Shown in pieces: positions 1 to 9,569 of a stretch of DNA of 64,000 bases. Position numbers and translations under genes: made by a program. The stretch is taken from positions 23,276-87,275 of the forward strand of contig CAMBPQ010000002.1 in NCBI GenBank assembly GCA_945869735.1. The letters are read 5' to 3'. A model generated the notes under the pieces. It worked only from the letters and a program-made list of their open reading frames with translations. It was not told where the DNA came from and searched no databases. Each line of letters begins with the position of its first letter. Within the stretch, counting starts at the first letter, position 1. The DNA comes from Planctomicrobium piriforme. GTDB taxonomy: Bacteria > Planctomycetota > Planctomycetia > Pirellulales > UBA1268.

Positions 1-545
1 GCCCATGGGCTCGAACGCACCTGCAGCAAGCGAACGGAACGTCGCAGCCTGCGGCTGAACTCGGACCATGCCTCGGCCGATGTCCGGCCGCCGACGGCGA
101 TGATGCTCACCGTCCGGGCAGGCCCACGGTCATCGAGATGCAGCTGCAGTCCGCGGGTCGGAAGCGCGGCCGTTTCGCCCGCCCAGCGGGCCGACGCATC
201 GAGGCCCGCCACCAGTTCCGCCACGACCGGCCGTAGCTGGTCGATGCCAATGTTGTAGACGACGAGCCGGGGTCGGACGGCGAGCATCCCAAAGGCGACC
301 GCCAGCACGAAGCCGACGAGCATCGCGACGGCCGTCCACGGCGACGTGCCCACCGCCGGCTGCAGAATCGCCAGGGGCCCCGCGACCACCAGCCCACACA
401 CCGCCGCGGCGAGGAGCGCCGCGTCGAGTTGGCCGGACATGGCCACGGGCCTGCGGCGGGCATGCAGACCCGCCAGCGCGACCAGGTAGGCCGCCAACGG
501 CAGGAGGGCGATCCACAGGGGAACCTGCGTCAGGGCGCTGCTCAT
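1..545 (-). CDS. Hypothetical membrane protein, 3' end runs off the window
   Basis: Read manually (not in ORF track): ATG at 545 gives MSSALTQVPLWIALLPLAAYLVALAG...RPRLVVYNIGIDQLRPVV..., open to base 1, with three hydrophobic segments. Confidence 0.75.
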   Translation of the reverse strand, partial: MSSALTQVPLWIALLPLAAYLVALAGLHARRRPVAMSGQLDAALLAAAVCGLVVAGPLAILQPAVGTSPWTAVAMLVGFVLAVAFGMLAVRPRLVVYNIGIDQLRPVVAELVAGLDASARWAGETAALPTRGLQLHLDDRGPARTVSIIAVGGRTSAEAWSEFSRRLRRSVRLLQVRSSPW

Positions 546-598
546 CAAAAATCCACCTGTGCGTCCCTGATCACGACGACTTCATATCCACAGACCAA

Positions 599-679
599 TC
601 AACGCCACGCCATCCACGCCAGCACCGCCAGCCATGCGGTCTCGACCACTATCGCGATGGTGAACCACCGTTGCGGCAT
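599..679 (-). CDS. Putative 26-aa single-TM peptide MPQRWFTIAIVVETAWLAVLAWMAWR
   Basis: ATG at 679 with GAGG 5 nt upstream; fully hydrophobic core; co-oriented and fills the gap between two genes. Confidence 0.45.
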   Translation of the reverse strand: MPQRWFTIAIVVETAWLAVLAWMAWR

Positions 680-725
680 GATGGCCTCGTCGGAGTCTGC
701 CACGGCTGCTCCATCGGACTTCCCG

Positions 726-1214
726 TCAGATCGGGTCGGGTACCACAAACGACAGGTCGCGGGAAAATGCCTCGTCAAACCCGTAGACATCGCGGAAGTC
801 CTCGCGCTTGTCGGCGCGGGTCTTGCGCATCTGCCCGATCTCGATCATGTTGAACACGATTTCGCCGATGTCGTCGGTCAGGCGGAGGCCCCAGGTCGCC
901 AGGACGGTGGGGGCGAGATAGCCGTATTGTTGCAGTCCATAGAGTCGGGCCGCCTCGCAGAGCTGCTGCCCGGAGACGTGCCGTTCGACCGCCCGGCGGC
1001 GGCGGCGGCCGGGGCGGGGCCGGGGCTCCCCTGATGTTTCGCTCTCTCCCTTCGGGAGCGGCTCCAACTCCTCGGCTGCCGGCTCCTGCCCCATCCCGAG
1101 CGACTCCTGGGCGAACGAGAGCGACTCGAGCACGAACAGGTAGGCATCGAGCGTGTACCGCCGATCCCGTTGCAGCAACTGGAAGAGTGGATGGGTGGGA
1201 TCGACGAGCGGCAT
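726..1214 (-). CDS. Planctomycete/Verrucomicrobia-restricted protein (Minf_1886 / TIGR04138-like)
   Basis: DRRYTLDAYLFV, HVSGQQLCE, WG...DDIGEIVFNMIE motifs. Confidence 0.85.
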   Translation of the reverse strand: MPLVDPTHPLFQLLQRDRRYTLDAYLFVLESLSFAQESLGMGQEPAAEELEPLPKGESETSGEPRPRPGRRRRRAVERHVSGQQLCEAARLYGLQQYGYLAPTVLATWGLRLTDDIGEIVFNMIEIGQMRKTRADKREDFRDVYGFDEAFSRDLSFVVPDPI

Positions 1215-1319
1215 CGAGGGTCCTCGGGTGGCCAGAGGACCGCAAGTATATCCCGCAGGGCCACACCGACGAGCAGACGACGTGGAACGCGAGCGCCGCT
1301 GACGGACTGGTCGGTCCGA

Positions 1320-2279
1320 TCAGCGAAGTTGTGCCGTCGGGGCGGTCGCCGCGGGGGGCGGGGCCTGTGCCTGCAGGTCGTCGAGCACGTACTTGTAGCC
1401 AAAGGGGGTCATCGGCTTGGCGAAGTCGCGGATCATGTCGAGCCCCTTGTCGATCAGGTTCGTGCGGGGGTCGAACTGGTAGACGTCACGGTCCTGCCCG
1501 CCCGGCTTGTAGATCTGGATCGCGAAAGGCATCAGGTCACTGGCCTGGAGGATCAGTTCCACCTTGGAGAAGCTGGAGGCGTCTGCCTGGAAGCGGGGCA
1601 ATGACTCGAGCCAGATCTGGTCGCGGACGCCCGGAGGCGTGACCAACCGCATCCAATACCTCTTTTTCAATGTGTCGGCCTTGGCGCCGAAGACGAACGG
1701 AAGCGGGCCGTCGCTGATCGCCTTGCCGCGCATCTCCGGAGGCAGTTTCGTCTCGCGCAACTGCCGTTCCGAGTGCCGAAACTCGTAGATGCTCTCGCCG
1801 TTGCACACCCAGTGTTCCCCGGTGTCGCCACCGCGGACCTCGTATCGTCGTGCCTCCGGGCTCCACTGCTTGGTTTCCTTGACGCGAAATAACCCCTTGT
1901 CGGGGGCCGCGTATTTCAGTTCCCCACTGCTCTCGGCGAACGCCAGTCGCTCCCCGGCGGCGTCGACTGGGCTCCATGCGTTGTATTCCCACTTGTGGAA
2001 CGTGCACGACCAGGTGCCGACGGCGGCGTTGCGGGTCTCCCAGGCTGCGAGTAGTTGGTCGAGCGCGGCCTGCTGCTCGGGCGTGAGCGCGGCCTGCTGC
2101 TGCGGCGCGGCCGGGGGCGCGACGGCCGCGACCCGCTGCGGCTGGGGTGGTGCGGCCGGAGGTGCCGCCACTTGGCCGAATGCCGTGGCGCCCGAGGAGA
2201 ACGTGGTGAGAAAGGCGGCAAGGGCCGCGGCGCAGCGGAATGTCATCGGCGGGCGACGGGTCATGGAAGCACTCCGCAT
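1320..2279 (-). CDS. Exported TIGR03009-like (LolA-like fold) planctomycete protein
   Basis: Signal peptide, Pro/Gln linker, GELKYAAPDKGLF, EHWVCNG, ISDGPLPFVFGAKA motifs; start may be at 2244. Confidence 0.8.
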   Translation of the reverse strand: MRSASMTRRPPMTFRCAAALAAFLTTFSSGATAFGQVAAPPAAPPQPQRVAAVAPPAAPQQQAALTPEQQAALDQLLAAWETRNAAVGTWSCTFHKWEYNAWSPVDAAGERLAFAESSGELKYAAPDKGLFRVKETKQWSPEARRYEVRGGDTGEHWVCNGESIYEFRHSERQLRETKLPPEMRGKAISDGPLPFVFGAKADTLKKRYWMRLVTPPGVRDQIWLESLPRFQADASSFSKVELILQASDLMPFAIQIYKPGGQDRDVYQFDPRTNLIDKGLDMIRDFAKPMTPFGYKYVLDDLQAQAPPPAATAPTAQLR

Positions 2280-2347
2280 GGCAGTTCAGGCAGGCGGCGG
2301 ACTCTAGCAGGCCCCGCTCAGCCGGGCGAGGCCGTTTTCCCGCGTGT

Positions 2348-2507
2348 TAGATCGCATTCGACTTCCGTGGAACGCCGGCTCGGGGGCGGCAAAAGTCTCG
2401 TCGCCGGGGCGCGGATACGCCCCAGGCTCCTCGAGCGTTCGCCGACCCCCGTGCCTCCCTCCTCCAAGCTGCCATCTCGCCGCTCCACCAAAGGCAGATG
2501 CGCTCGA
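2348..2507 (+). mobile_element. MITE-like structured repeat, module A copy 1 (160 bp)
   Basis: Ends TAGATCGCATT...GATGCGCTCGA; core CGCCGGCTCGGGGGCGGCAAAAGTCTCGTCGCCGGGGCG...CTCCTCGAGCGTTCGCCGACCCCC recurs at six other intergenic sites. Confidence 0.8.
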
Positions 2508-2538
2508 GCCGGCGTCTCCCACCCGCGCCGGCTGCGGG

Positions 2539-4542
2539 TCACGACTCCGACGCAGCCGCCAAGCGAAGCGCCGCAAGCTCACGGGCGAAGCCGCCCGAGA
2601 GAATCGGGAACCGGCACCAGGTCTTGGGATCGAGGTTCTGGTCGTCGAGATGGAAGGACGGTGCGTATCGCTCTCGCTTCCACTGGTTGCGGCTCCAGAG
2701 CGTAAAGAAGCGTTCCGTCCAGATGGCCAGCAGTTTCGCGTCATGCCCCGGAAATTCGTGCCGCAGACGGTGCCACGCCTCGAGGGGCGTCTGCTTGTCG
2801 CGGATGGCAGCCCGCTCGATCGCATCGAGCACGTCGTAGGGCATGAGGTCGGCCTCGTCGGTCTGACCAGACGCTCTCGGCCGCAGCTCCGCCGTCGGGG
2901 CCTGCACGTTGACCGCGGCGAGCGCGGGGATCGGGCCGACTCCCTCGGGGCCCGTCTGTTCCAGCCACCGCAGCCACCGCCGCAGGTAGGCCTTGTCGAT
3001 GCCAGCGATCGGAGCGATGCCGCCGGAGGTGTCGCCGTCCATGGTCGCGTAACCCACCGCCGCCTCGGAGCGGTTACTCGTCGAGACCAACAGGGCACCG
3101 GTGATGTTGGCGAGCATCCACACGCCCGGAGAGCGGACCCTTGCCTGGATATTCTGCAGGGCGACATCGTCGCGCTGCCACGTGAGTGGCCGGCCCACGG
3201 CACCGGTGACGATCTTCTCGTAGCCGCGGACGAGCGGCTCCACGTCGAACTCATGAAAGACCGCGCCGAGTGCCACCGCCAGGCTACGGGCCGCGTGTCG
3301 CGTGACGTCTCCCGAGTTGGCCGTCGACTGGTAGACGCAGGTCAGCGCCGTTTCCACGAGCGACCGCACGTCGGTGTCGGCGGCCCCTGCTACCGGCGAC
3401 AGGCCCATGCGGGCCGCCGCGGCCGGCAGCGTTAGTTCGGAGACGGCCAGCCGGACGGCGATCGCCGCCAGACAGGCCACGGCGGAAGAATCCGCACCGC
3501 CGCTCGCCGAGACGACGAAGCCCCGAGCGCGGCTTTTCCGCATGTAATCAAAGAGCCCGAGCGACACGGCTCTGGCAAACTCCTCCTCTTTGACATGCTG
3601 CCCTCGCTCCCAGGCGTCCCGGGCGTCATGCCCTGCGTCTTCTGAGGAGCCCGAGGCAGCGGGGGGCGTGAACGCCACCGCGACGCGGTCGCCTTCGGCC
3701 GCGTCCGGCACCGCCTCCACTGCAAGCCGCGCCTGCGCGAGCCGCAGAGCGTCGAGATCGACGACCGCGGTGGTCAACGCATGGTCGGTGAAGGAAAACC
3801 GACGGCCCGAGGCGAGCATCCTGCCGGCCGCCGCGACCATCACGCCGCCGTCGTAGACAGCGCGGCCTGCTTCGTTGCCCACGAGGTTCGCATAGACGTA
3901 GGCCGATGCGAATGCGCGGGATCCGTCTACGACAAACCGGCGGCGGATCTCATCCTTACCGAAGGCGAAGTGGCTCGCGGACGGATTGAGGATCACGTCG
4001 ATCCCGCGGGCCGTGAGCACAGCCCCCGGTCGATCGGCCACCCAGGCATCCTCGCAGATCTCGAAGCCGATGCGGACACCTCCGCAATCGAACCGCAGGT
4101 CGCCGATGGGCACGTCGCGGCCACCGAGAGACAGCGTGCCGCGGCGACCGCGGTGCCAGGGCCGGAACCACCGCGGCTCATAATGAATGCCGTCGCCCGC
4201 AAGATTCTGCTTGCAGGCGATGCCGGCGATCTGGCCGTCAGCCACCACGGCGGCGGCATCATACAGACCGCTTTCGAATCGCACGGGCAGCCCCACCGCC
4301 ACGATCATGCCGGCCGTGTGGGGCACGATCTCCCCGAGCACGTCGACGGCGAGCCGCTGCACGCCGGGGGATTGAAAGGCATCCTCGCAGCCGTAGCCCG
4401 TGATGCAGAGTTCGGGGAGGCAGAGGATGGAGACTCGGGCGTCACTCGCGGCCCGGATGGCTGCGATGATCCGGTCGCGGTTGCCGTCCCAGTCGAGCGG
4501 CGTCTGGTTGAGGGCCGAGCCGCCGACGCGGATCAGGTGCAT
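2539..4542 (-). CDS. nadE: Glutamine-dependent NAD+ synthetase
   Basis: N-terminal CN-hydrolase domain (PELCITGY, CKQNL, EICED) plus synthetase domain (SGGADS, NIQARVR, NRSEAAVGYATMDGD). Confidence 0.95.
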   Translation of the reverse strand: MHLIRVGGSALNQTPLDWDGNRDRIIAAIRAASDARVSILCLPELCITGYGCEDAFQSPGVQRLAVDVLGEIVPHTAGMIVAVGLPVRFESGLYDAAAVVADGQIAGIACKQNLAGDGIHYEPRWFRPWHRGRRGTLSLGGRDVPIGDLRFDCGGVRIGFEICEDAWVADRPGAVLTARGIDVILNPSASHFAFGKDEIRRRFVVDGSRAFASAYVYANLVGNEAGRAVYDGGVMVAAAGRMLASGRRFSFTDHALTTAVVDLDALRLAQARLAVEAVPDAAEGDRVAVAFTPPAASGSSEDAGHDARDAWERGQHVKEEEFARAVSLGLFDYMRKSRARGFVVSASGGADSSAVACLAAIAVRLAVSELTLPAAAARMGLSPVAGAADTDVRSLVETALTCVYQSTANSGDVTRHAARSLAVALGAVFHEFDVEPLVRGYEKIVTGAVGRPLTWQRDDVALQNIQARVRSPGVWMLANITGALLVSTSNRSEAAVGYATMDGDTSGGIAPIAGIDKAYLRRWLRWLEQTGPEGVGPIPALAAVNVQAPTAELRPRASGQTDEADLMPYDVLDAIERAAIRDKQTPLEAWHRLRHEFPGHDAKLLAIWTERFFTLWSRNQWKRERYAPSFHLDDQNLDPKTWCRFPILSGGFARELAALRLAAASES

Positions 4543-4554
4543 GGAGTTGGGCCG

Positions 4555-6477
4555 TCACCCCTGCGACGGTTCCTCGAGATAGGTGTAGCCCCCCAGCCCC
4601 TCCTCATAGAACTTGAGAAACCGGCCGGCCTGACTGTCACAGATGCGGCCCTCGCGGACCGCCTGCTCGATCGAGTCACGGAGCCGCTGAACGAGCTGGT
4701 TGGAGTCAAACTCGACATAGTCGAGCACCTCGCGGACGGTGTCGCCCTTGATCACGGCGTCGACCACCACCTCACCTCGTTCGTCGGTGCTGACGTGCAC
4801 TGCGTTGGTGTCGCCGAACAGATTGTGGAGGTCGCCGAGGATCTCCTGGTAGGCACCGATCAGGAAGGCTCCCAGGTAATACGGCTCGTGCTGCCAGGCG
4901 TGGAGTGGCAGCGTCCGCTTGACGTCGCGACGATCGATGAACTGATCGATCTTGCCGTCGGAATCACACGTCACGTCGCCGATCACGGCCGCCCGGGCCG
5001 GCCGCTCGTTGAGGCGATGGATCGGCATCACCGGAAAGAGTTGCTTGATGGCCCAGCTATCTGGAATCGACTGAAAGAGGGAGAAGTTGCAGAAATACGT
5101 GTCGGAGAGCGAGGCCTGCAGGCCCTCGAGTTCCTCGGGAACGAAGTCCAGGGTCTTCGTCAGCTTGTAAATGCGGCGGCAGATGGCCCAGTAGAGATTC
5201 TCGACCGCGGATCGCTGATCGAGCGGCAGGTAGCCGCTCGAAAACAGGTTCATCGCCGTGTCGAGCGACTGCTGTGAGTCGTGATAACTCTCGAGCAAAT
5301 TCCGCACGTTGATGTTTTGGTAGGTCTCCCAGAGGTCGTGCAGCGGCTGCTCGGCGTCGGACGGCGGCTCCGTCACGTCGCCCATGCCCCCCTGCTCCGA
5401 CACGCCTAGCACGCCGAAGATCAGCATGCTGTGGTAGGCGACGACGGCCCGGCCGCTTTCGGAAATGATCGTGGGATGCGGGACGCCCGCTTCGTCACAG
5501 GCGTTTTTCACGTGGTAGACCACGTCGTTGGCATATTCCTGCAGGCTGTAGTTGACGCTCGACTCGAAGTTGGTCTGGGAGCCGTCGTAGTCGACACCGA
5601 GGCCGCCGCCGACGTCGAGGTAGCGAAGACCGGCCCCCCGCTTGACGAGCTCCGTATAGATGCGCGACGCCTCGTTGAGGGCGGCCTTGATGTGACGGAT
5701 GTTGGTGATCTGGCTGCCTTGATGGAAGTGCAGGAGTTGCAGGCAGTCTTCCATCCCTCGGGCGGCCAGCAGATCGAGCCCCTTCACCAGTTCGCTTGCC
5801 GTCAGGCCGAACTTGGAACGAAACCCGCCGGACGACTGCCAGCGGCCGCTGCCACGCGTAGCCAGCTTGACCCGCATGCCGATCCGCGGCCGTACACCGA
5901 GTTTCTCGGCGTACTCGAGCACCAGGTGCAGCTCCGAAAAGCGTTCCACGACCGGGATGATCCGCCGCCCAATCTTCTGGGCAAGCATGGCCGTCTCGAT
6001 AAACTCCGCGTCCTTGAAGCCGTTGCAGATAATCGGTGTGTCGTTGTCGGCCAGAGCGATCACGGCCAAGAGTTCTGGCTTGCTGCCGGCCTCGAGGCCG
6101 AAGCGATACGGTTTGCCGAACCGCAGCACCTCCTCCACCACCTGTCGCTGCTGGTTGACCTTCACCGGATAGACGCAGCAGTAGTCGCCGCGATACCCGC
6201 TTTCCTTCATCGCGCTGGCGAACACGCCGTTGATCTCCCCCAGCCGATGCTGGAGGATCTCCGCGAAACGGAGGAGAATGGGCAAATCGATGCCCCGAAC
6301 TTGCAGCCGGTCGACCAACTGCTTGAGGTCGATGCTCTTCGTCGGATCCTTGTCGGGATGGACGAGCAGGTTCCCGTTGGGCCCCACCGAAAAGTAGCCA
6401 TTGCCCCAGCGTGCGACCTCGTACAGGTCGGCGGCATCCGCCGTGGTCCAATGCTCGAGATCGAGGTCAACCGCCAT
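4555..6477 (-). CDS. speA: Biosynthetic arginine decarboxylase
   Basis: YPVKVNQ PLP lysine, GLEAGSKPEL, HFHQGSQI, DVGGGLGVDY, TCDSDGKID; ATG at 6477 preferred. Confidence 0.95.
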   Translation of the reverse strand: MAVDLDLEHWTTADAADLYEVARWGNGYFSVGPNGNLLVHPDKDPTKSIDLKQLVDRLQVRGIDLPILLRFAEILQHRLGEINGVFASAMKESGYRGDYCCVYPVKVNQQRQVVEEVLRFGKPYRFGLEAGSKPELLAVIALADNDTPIICNGFKDAEFIETAMLAQKIGRRIIPVVERFSELHLVLEYAEKLGVRPRIGMRVKLATRGSGRWQSSGGFRSKFGLTASELVKGLDLLAARGMEDCLQLLHFHQGSQITNIRHIKAALNEASRIYTELVKRGAGLRYLDVGGGLGVDYDGSQTNFESSVNYSLQEYANDVVYHVKNACDEAGVPHPTIISESGRAVVAYHSMLIFGVLGVSEQGGMGDVTEPPSDAEQPLHDLWETYQNINVRNLLESYHDSQQSLDTAMNLFSSGYLPLDQRSAVENLYWAICRRIYKLTKTLDFVPEELEGLQASLSDTYFCNFSLFQSIPDSWAIKQLFPVMPIHRLNERPARAAVIGDVTCDSDGKIDQFIDRRDVKRTLPLHAWQHEPYYLGAFLIGAYQEILGDLHNLFGDTNAVHVSTDERGEVVVDAVIKGDTVREVLDYVEFDSNQLVQRLRDSIEQAVREGRICDSQAGRFLKFYEEGLGGYTYLEEPSQG

Positions 6478-6617
6478 GCCTACCCCAATCGGGGAACCGA
6501 GCCGCGCGTGGTCACCGTCGACGCGACGGGCCCACAGCAGCAACTGCTTGTCAGCAGTGTAGCGTCAGCCGCCGCCGAGGCCATGCCAATCCTCGGCGCC
6601 GAGGCCGCCGCGGAGCT

Positions 6618-8102
6618 TCAGACGCGGACCCGCGTCCACCCGGGCCGCGCAAAGATTGCGAGCATCGCGACTCCGCGGGCCGTAAGGTCCGCCGCCATCG
6701 CGAGCCACGCGCCGTAGGCCCCCAGCCCGAGGCCCCGCACGCTCCCGAGCCCGACCGGCAGCGGCACCACGTCCCACGCGAGAACCATCGCCAGCGGCAG
6801 ACGGATGGCGACCAATCCAAGGAAGTTGACGAGCATGGGTGGGCGGGTCGCGCCGCCGCCGCGCAGGCCACCCGAGAGGACCATCAACAGGGCCAGAGGC
6901 GGCTGGGCGAAGGCCACGATCCGGACGAGTGAAGCCGCGAGTCCGGCGACGGGCGATCCGGCCGTGGAGCCGCCGACGAACCACCTGGCGAGTGGCTCCG
7001 CACACCAGAAGAAGATTACTCCGGCGGCCGTCATCAGCGACACACACGCCAGCGCCGCGAGCCAGACACTTCCGCGGGCCCGACGTTCGTCGCGTGCCCC
7101 GAGAAACTGCCCGGCGAGCGTCGCCGCCGCCACCTGAAAAGCACTGCCCGGCAGAAACGCGAGCGACTCGATCGTGACTGCCACGGCGTGAGCCGCCGCA
7201 TCGACGTTGCCCAGGCGGTTGACGATCGAGAGGAAGGTGAGGTGGCAGGCCGCATTGGCGACCGCGTCGACGCCGGCGGGCAGTCCCACACGGGTGATGC
7301 GTCGCAGCCACGACGCGTCTGGCCGCCAATCGCCGGGCAGCGGCCGAAGCCCCCGCCGCTTTCGCGACAGCAGCGCGACAACGCAAACCGCGCCGCAGCC
7401 GTAGCCCGCGAGCGTGCCCCATGCGAGACCATCCCAACCGAGCCGTGGGAGGCCCCACAGCCCGGTGCCGAGGGCGAAACTGGCAGCCGCATTGACGACG
7501 TTCACCACGGACATGGCGATGAGCCCTGCCACCATGTCGCCTGCCCCCCGGAGGCTCGCGACGCCGATGGCGATCACCATCATCGCGGGCAGCGCGGGCA
7601 TCACGATCCCCAGGTACCGCGTCGCGAGCAGGCTACTCTCTGCCGGCAGGCCGAGCATGGACACGATCCGGCTGCCCTGCAGGCTCACCAGCAGCACGAC
7701 GGCAAGCGTTAGCACGGCGGCGACGAGAAAACTCTGCGCTATCGCCCGCCTGGCACCTTGCATGTCGCCGGCTCCGACCCGGCGGGCGACGAGGGCTGTC
7801 GCTGCGACGGCCGGCAAAGTGAAGGCAACGGGAACGAAGGCGAGGCAGTAGGCGACGAGCCCCACCGCTGCCAGCGGTTCGGCGCCCGTGAAGAGATTGC
7901 CCGCGATCCACTTGTCGACGAATCCCACCGTGAGCGCGAGCACCTGCTCGAGCAACACGGGGACTACCAGCCGCACGAGGGGCCGGAGCGTGCCTGCTGC
8001 ACCATGAACCACAGCCGCCGGCGGGTCATCCAGCGACACCACGGCTAAAGCGTATCCGCTTGCGGGAGAGCGGCGAGATGGCACCTTGGAAGAGGGAGGC
8101 AA
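6618..8102 (-). CDS. MATE family efflux transporter
   Basis: About 12 TM segments in two repeats; LRGAGD...N and LRGGGATR motifs; true start uncertain (possibly ~8041) because the ORF start lies inside a repeat. Confidence 0.88.
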   Translation of the reverse strand: MPPSSKVPSRRSPASGYALAVVSLDDPPAAVVHGAAGTLRPLVRLVVPVLLEQVLALTVGFVDKWIAGNLFTGAEPLAAVGLVAYCLAFVPVAFTLPAVAATALVARRVGAGDMQGARRAIAQSFLVAAVLTLAVVLLVSLQGSRIVSMLGLPAESSLLATRYLGIVMPALPAMMVIAIGVASLRGAGDMVAGLIAMSVVNVVNAAASFALGTGLWGLPRLGWDGLAWGTLAGYGCGAVCVVALLSRKRRGLRPLPGDWRPDASWLRRITRVGLPAGVDAVANAACHLTFLSIVNRLGNVDAAAHAVAVTIESLAFLPGSAFQVAAATLAGQFLGARDERRARGSVWLAALACVSLMTAAGVIFFWCAEPLARWFVGGSTAGSPVAGLAASLVRIVAFAQPPLALLMVLSGGLRGGGATRPPMLVNFLGLVAIRLPLAMVLAWDVVPLPVGLGSVRGLGLGAYGAWLAMAADLTARGVAMLAIFARPGWTRVRV

Positions 8103-8115
8103 GGGGGTCGGCGAT
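8046..8115 (-). mobile_element. Module A copy 2 (3' half only)
   Basis: Minus strand CGCCGACCCCCTTGCCTCCCTCTTCCAAGGTGCCATCTCGCCGCTC...GGATACGCTTTA aligns to the 3' half of copy 1. Confidence 0.7.
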
Positions 8116-8140
8116 ACCCCATCGAGCCCGCTCCCGGCAC

Positions 8141-9418
8141 TCAGGCGAAGAGTTCCTTGATCACCTTACCGGAGTTGGCGATCTTCATCGGCCGACCGTT
8201 CTTGGCCGTGAAGGTCGTCTCAAGTGAGACGCCGAGCGACTTGAGCACGCTGGCCATCAGGTCCTGCGACGAGTAGGCCTCGGACACCACTTCCTTACCG
8301 TCAGAACTCGTCTCACCGACCACGACACCCCGCTTGAAGCCGCCGCCACCAACGACGACGCTCCAGCTGCGGGCCCAATGGTCGCGGCCGCCGCCCCCAT
8401 TGATGTTCGGAGTGCGGCTGAACTCACCCATCCACATGACCACCGTGTCGTCGAGCATGCCGCGGTCAGCCAAATCAGCCACGAGGGCGCTCATCGCCTG
8501 ATCGAGCATGGGCAGTTTTTGGTCCTGCAGCGTCGGAAAGATGTTGGCGTGGTTGTCCCAGCCTCCGAGATCGACCTCAACGAACGGCACCCCCGCCTCA
8601 ACCAGCCTGCGGGCCATCAGGCAGCCGCGGCCAAAGCCGCTTGCGCCGTACTTCTCCTGGATGTCCTTGGGCTCCTTCATCACCTTGAAGGCGTCCATCT
8701 GCGGACTCGTCATGAGCTTGACCGTCTTGTCGAGCACCTTGGCGTGATCATCAGCAGACGCACCGCGACGCTCGCCGATAAACCGTTTCTCGATGGTGGC
8801 CAGCATTTCCATCCGCTGCGCGAGCCTCGCCGGATCGACGCCCATCTCAAGGTTGCGGACGTTGCCGTTGGAGTCGACGACAAACGGTGACCAGGTCATG
8901 CCCAGAAAACCCGGCCCCACGCTACCGCCCCCCACCGACACGAACGGCGGAATCTCGAGATTCGGCACCTGATCGGCCAGCTCGTGGGAAATCACGGCGC
9001 CGTAACTTGGATGCTCAACATTGGGGTTGGGGACGTAGCCGGTGTGCATGTAGTACCGACCCCGCATGTGGTCGGCCTCGCGCGTGCTCATCGACCGGAC
9101 GATCGCCATGTGATGCATCTGCTTCGCCATGAGCGGCATGTGCTCACAGATGGCGACGCCGTCGGCACTGGTCGAGATCTGCTTGAACGGCCCGCCGGTC
9201 GGGGCGCCTGGCTTGAGGTCCCAGATGTCCATGCTGCTCGGCCCGCCCCCCATCCACAGCATGATCGCGGCCTTGTGCCGCTTCTTCATGTCGGTGGCAT
9301 TGGCGAGGATCGAGTTGGTGAATGCGGTCGCCGGGGCAGCGAGCGCGGCGGCCCCCGCCATGTGGTTCATGAAATGGCGGCGGCTCATGCCGTCCGGAAC
9401 ATCGATGAAGCGGGCCAT
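8141..9418 (-). CDS. DUF1501 family protein with Tat-like signal
   Basis: SRRHF twin-Arg, LWMGGGPSSMDIWDLKP, GWDNH, MGEFSRTP, GRDHW. Confidence 0.9.
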   Translation of the reverse strand: MARFIDVPDGMSRRHFMNHMAGAAALAAPATAFTNSILANATDMKKRHKAAIMLWMGGGPSSMDIWDLKPGAPTGGPFKQISTSADGVAICEHMPLMAKQMHHMAIVRSMSTREADHMRGRYYMHTGYVPNPNVEHPSYGAVISHELADQVPNLEIPPFVSVGGGSVGPGFLGMTWSPFVVDSNGNVRNLEMGVDPARLAQRMEMLATIEKRFIGERRGASADDHAKVLDKTVKLMTSPQMDAFKVMKEPKDIQEKYGASGFGRGCLMARRLVEAGVPFVEVDLGGWDNHANIFPTLQDQKLPMLDQAMSALVADLADRGMLDDTVVMWMGEFSRTPNINGGGGRDHWARSWSVVVGGGGFKRGVVVGETSSDGKEVVSEAYSSQDLMASVLKSLGVSLETTFTAKNGRPMKIANSGKVIKELFA

Positions 9419-9545
9419 AGCGGAGACTCCTGAGGGCTGGCGAGGTGGAAATCGCCAATGAAATCGTCGGTTAAAGTATGGTTTATTCCCAACCCGACCG
9501 CCAGCCCGGGGTCGGTCTCAAAAACCTGAAAACCAGCCGGCTATC

Positions 9546-9569
9546 GCGAATGCCGCCGGCGGCATTCGC
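9546..9569. repeat. Perfect 24-bp palindrome directly after the DUF1549/1553 stop codon
   Basis: GCGAATGCCGCC GGCGGCATTCGC. Confidence 0.8.

Noticed and set aside
2055-2705. ORFs sharing the peptide GGGKSLVAGARIRPRLLERSPTP (also 14999-15349, 41070-41366 region, 50313-50849) as a protein family
   Set aside because: The shared peptide is just the translation of repeat module A, and these ORFs overlap real genes in other frames or strands.
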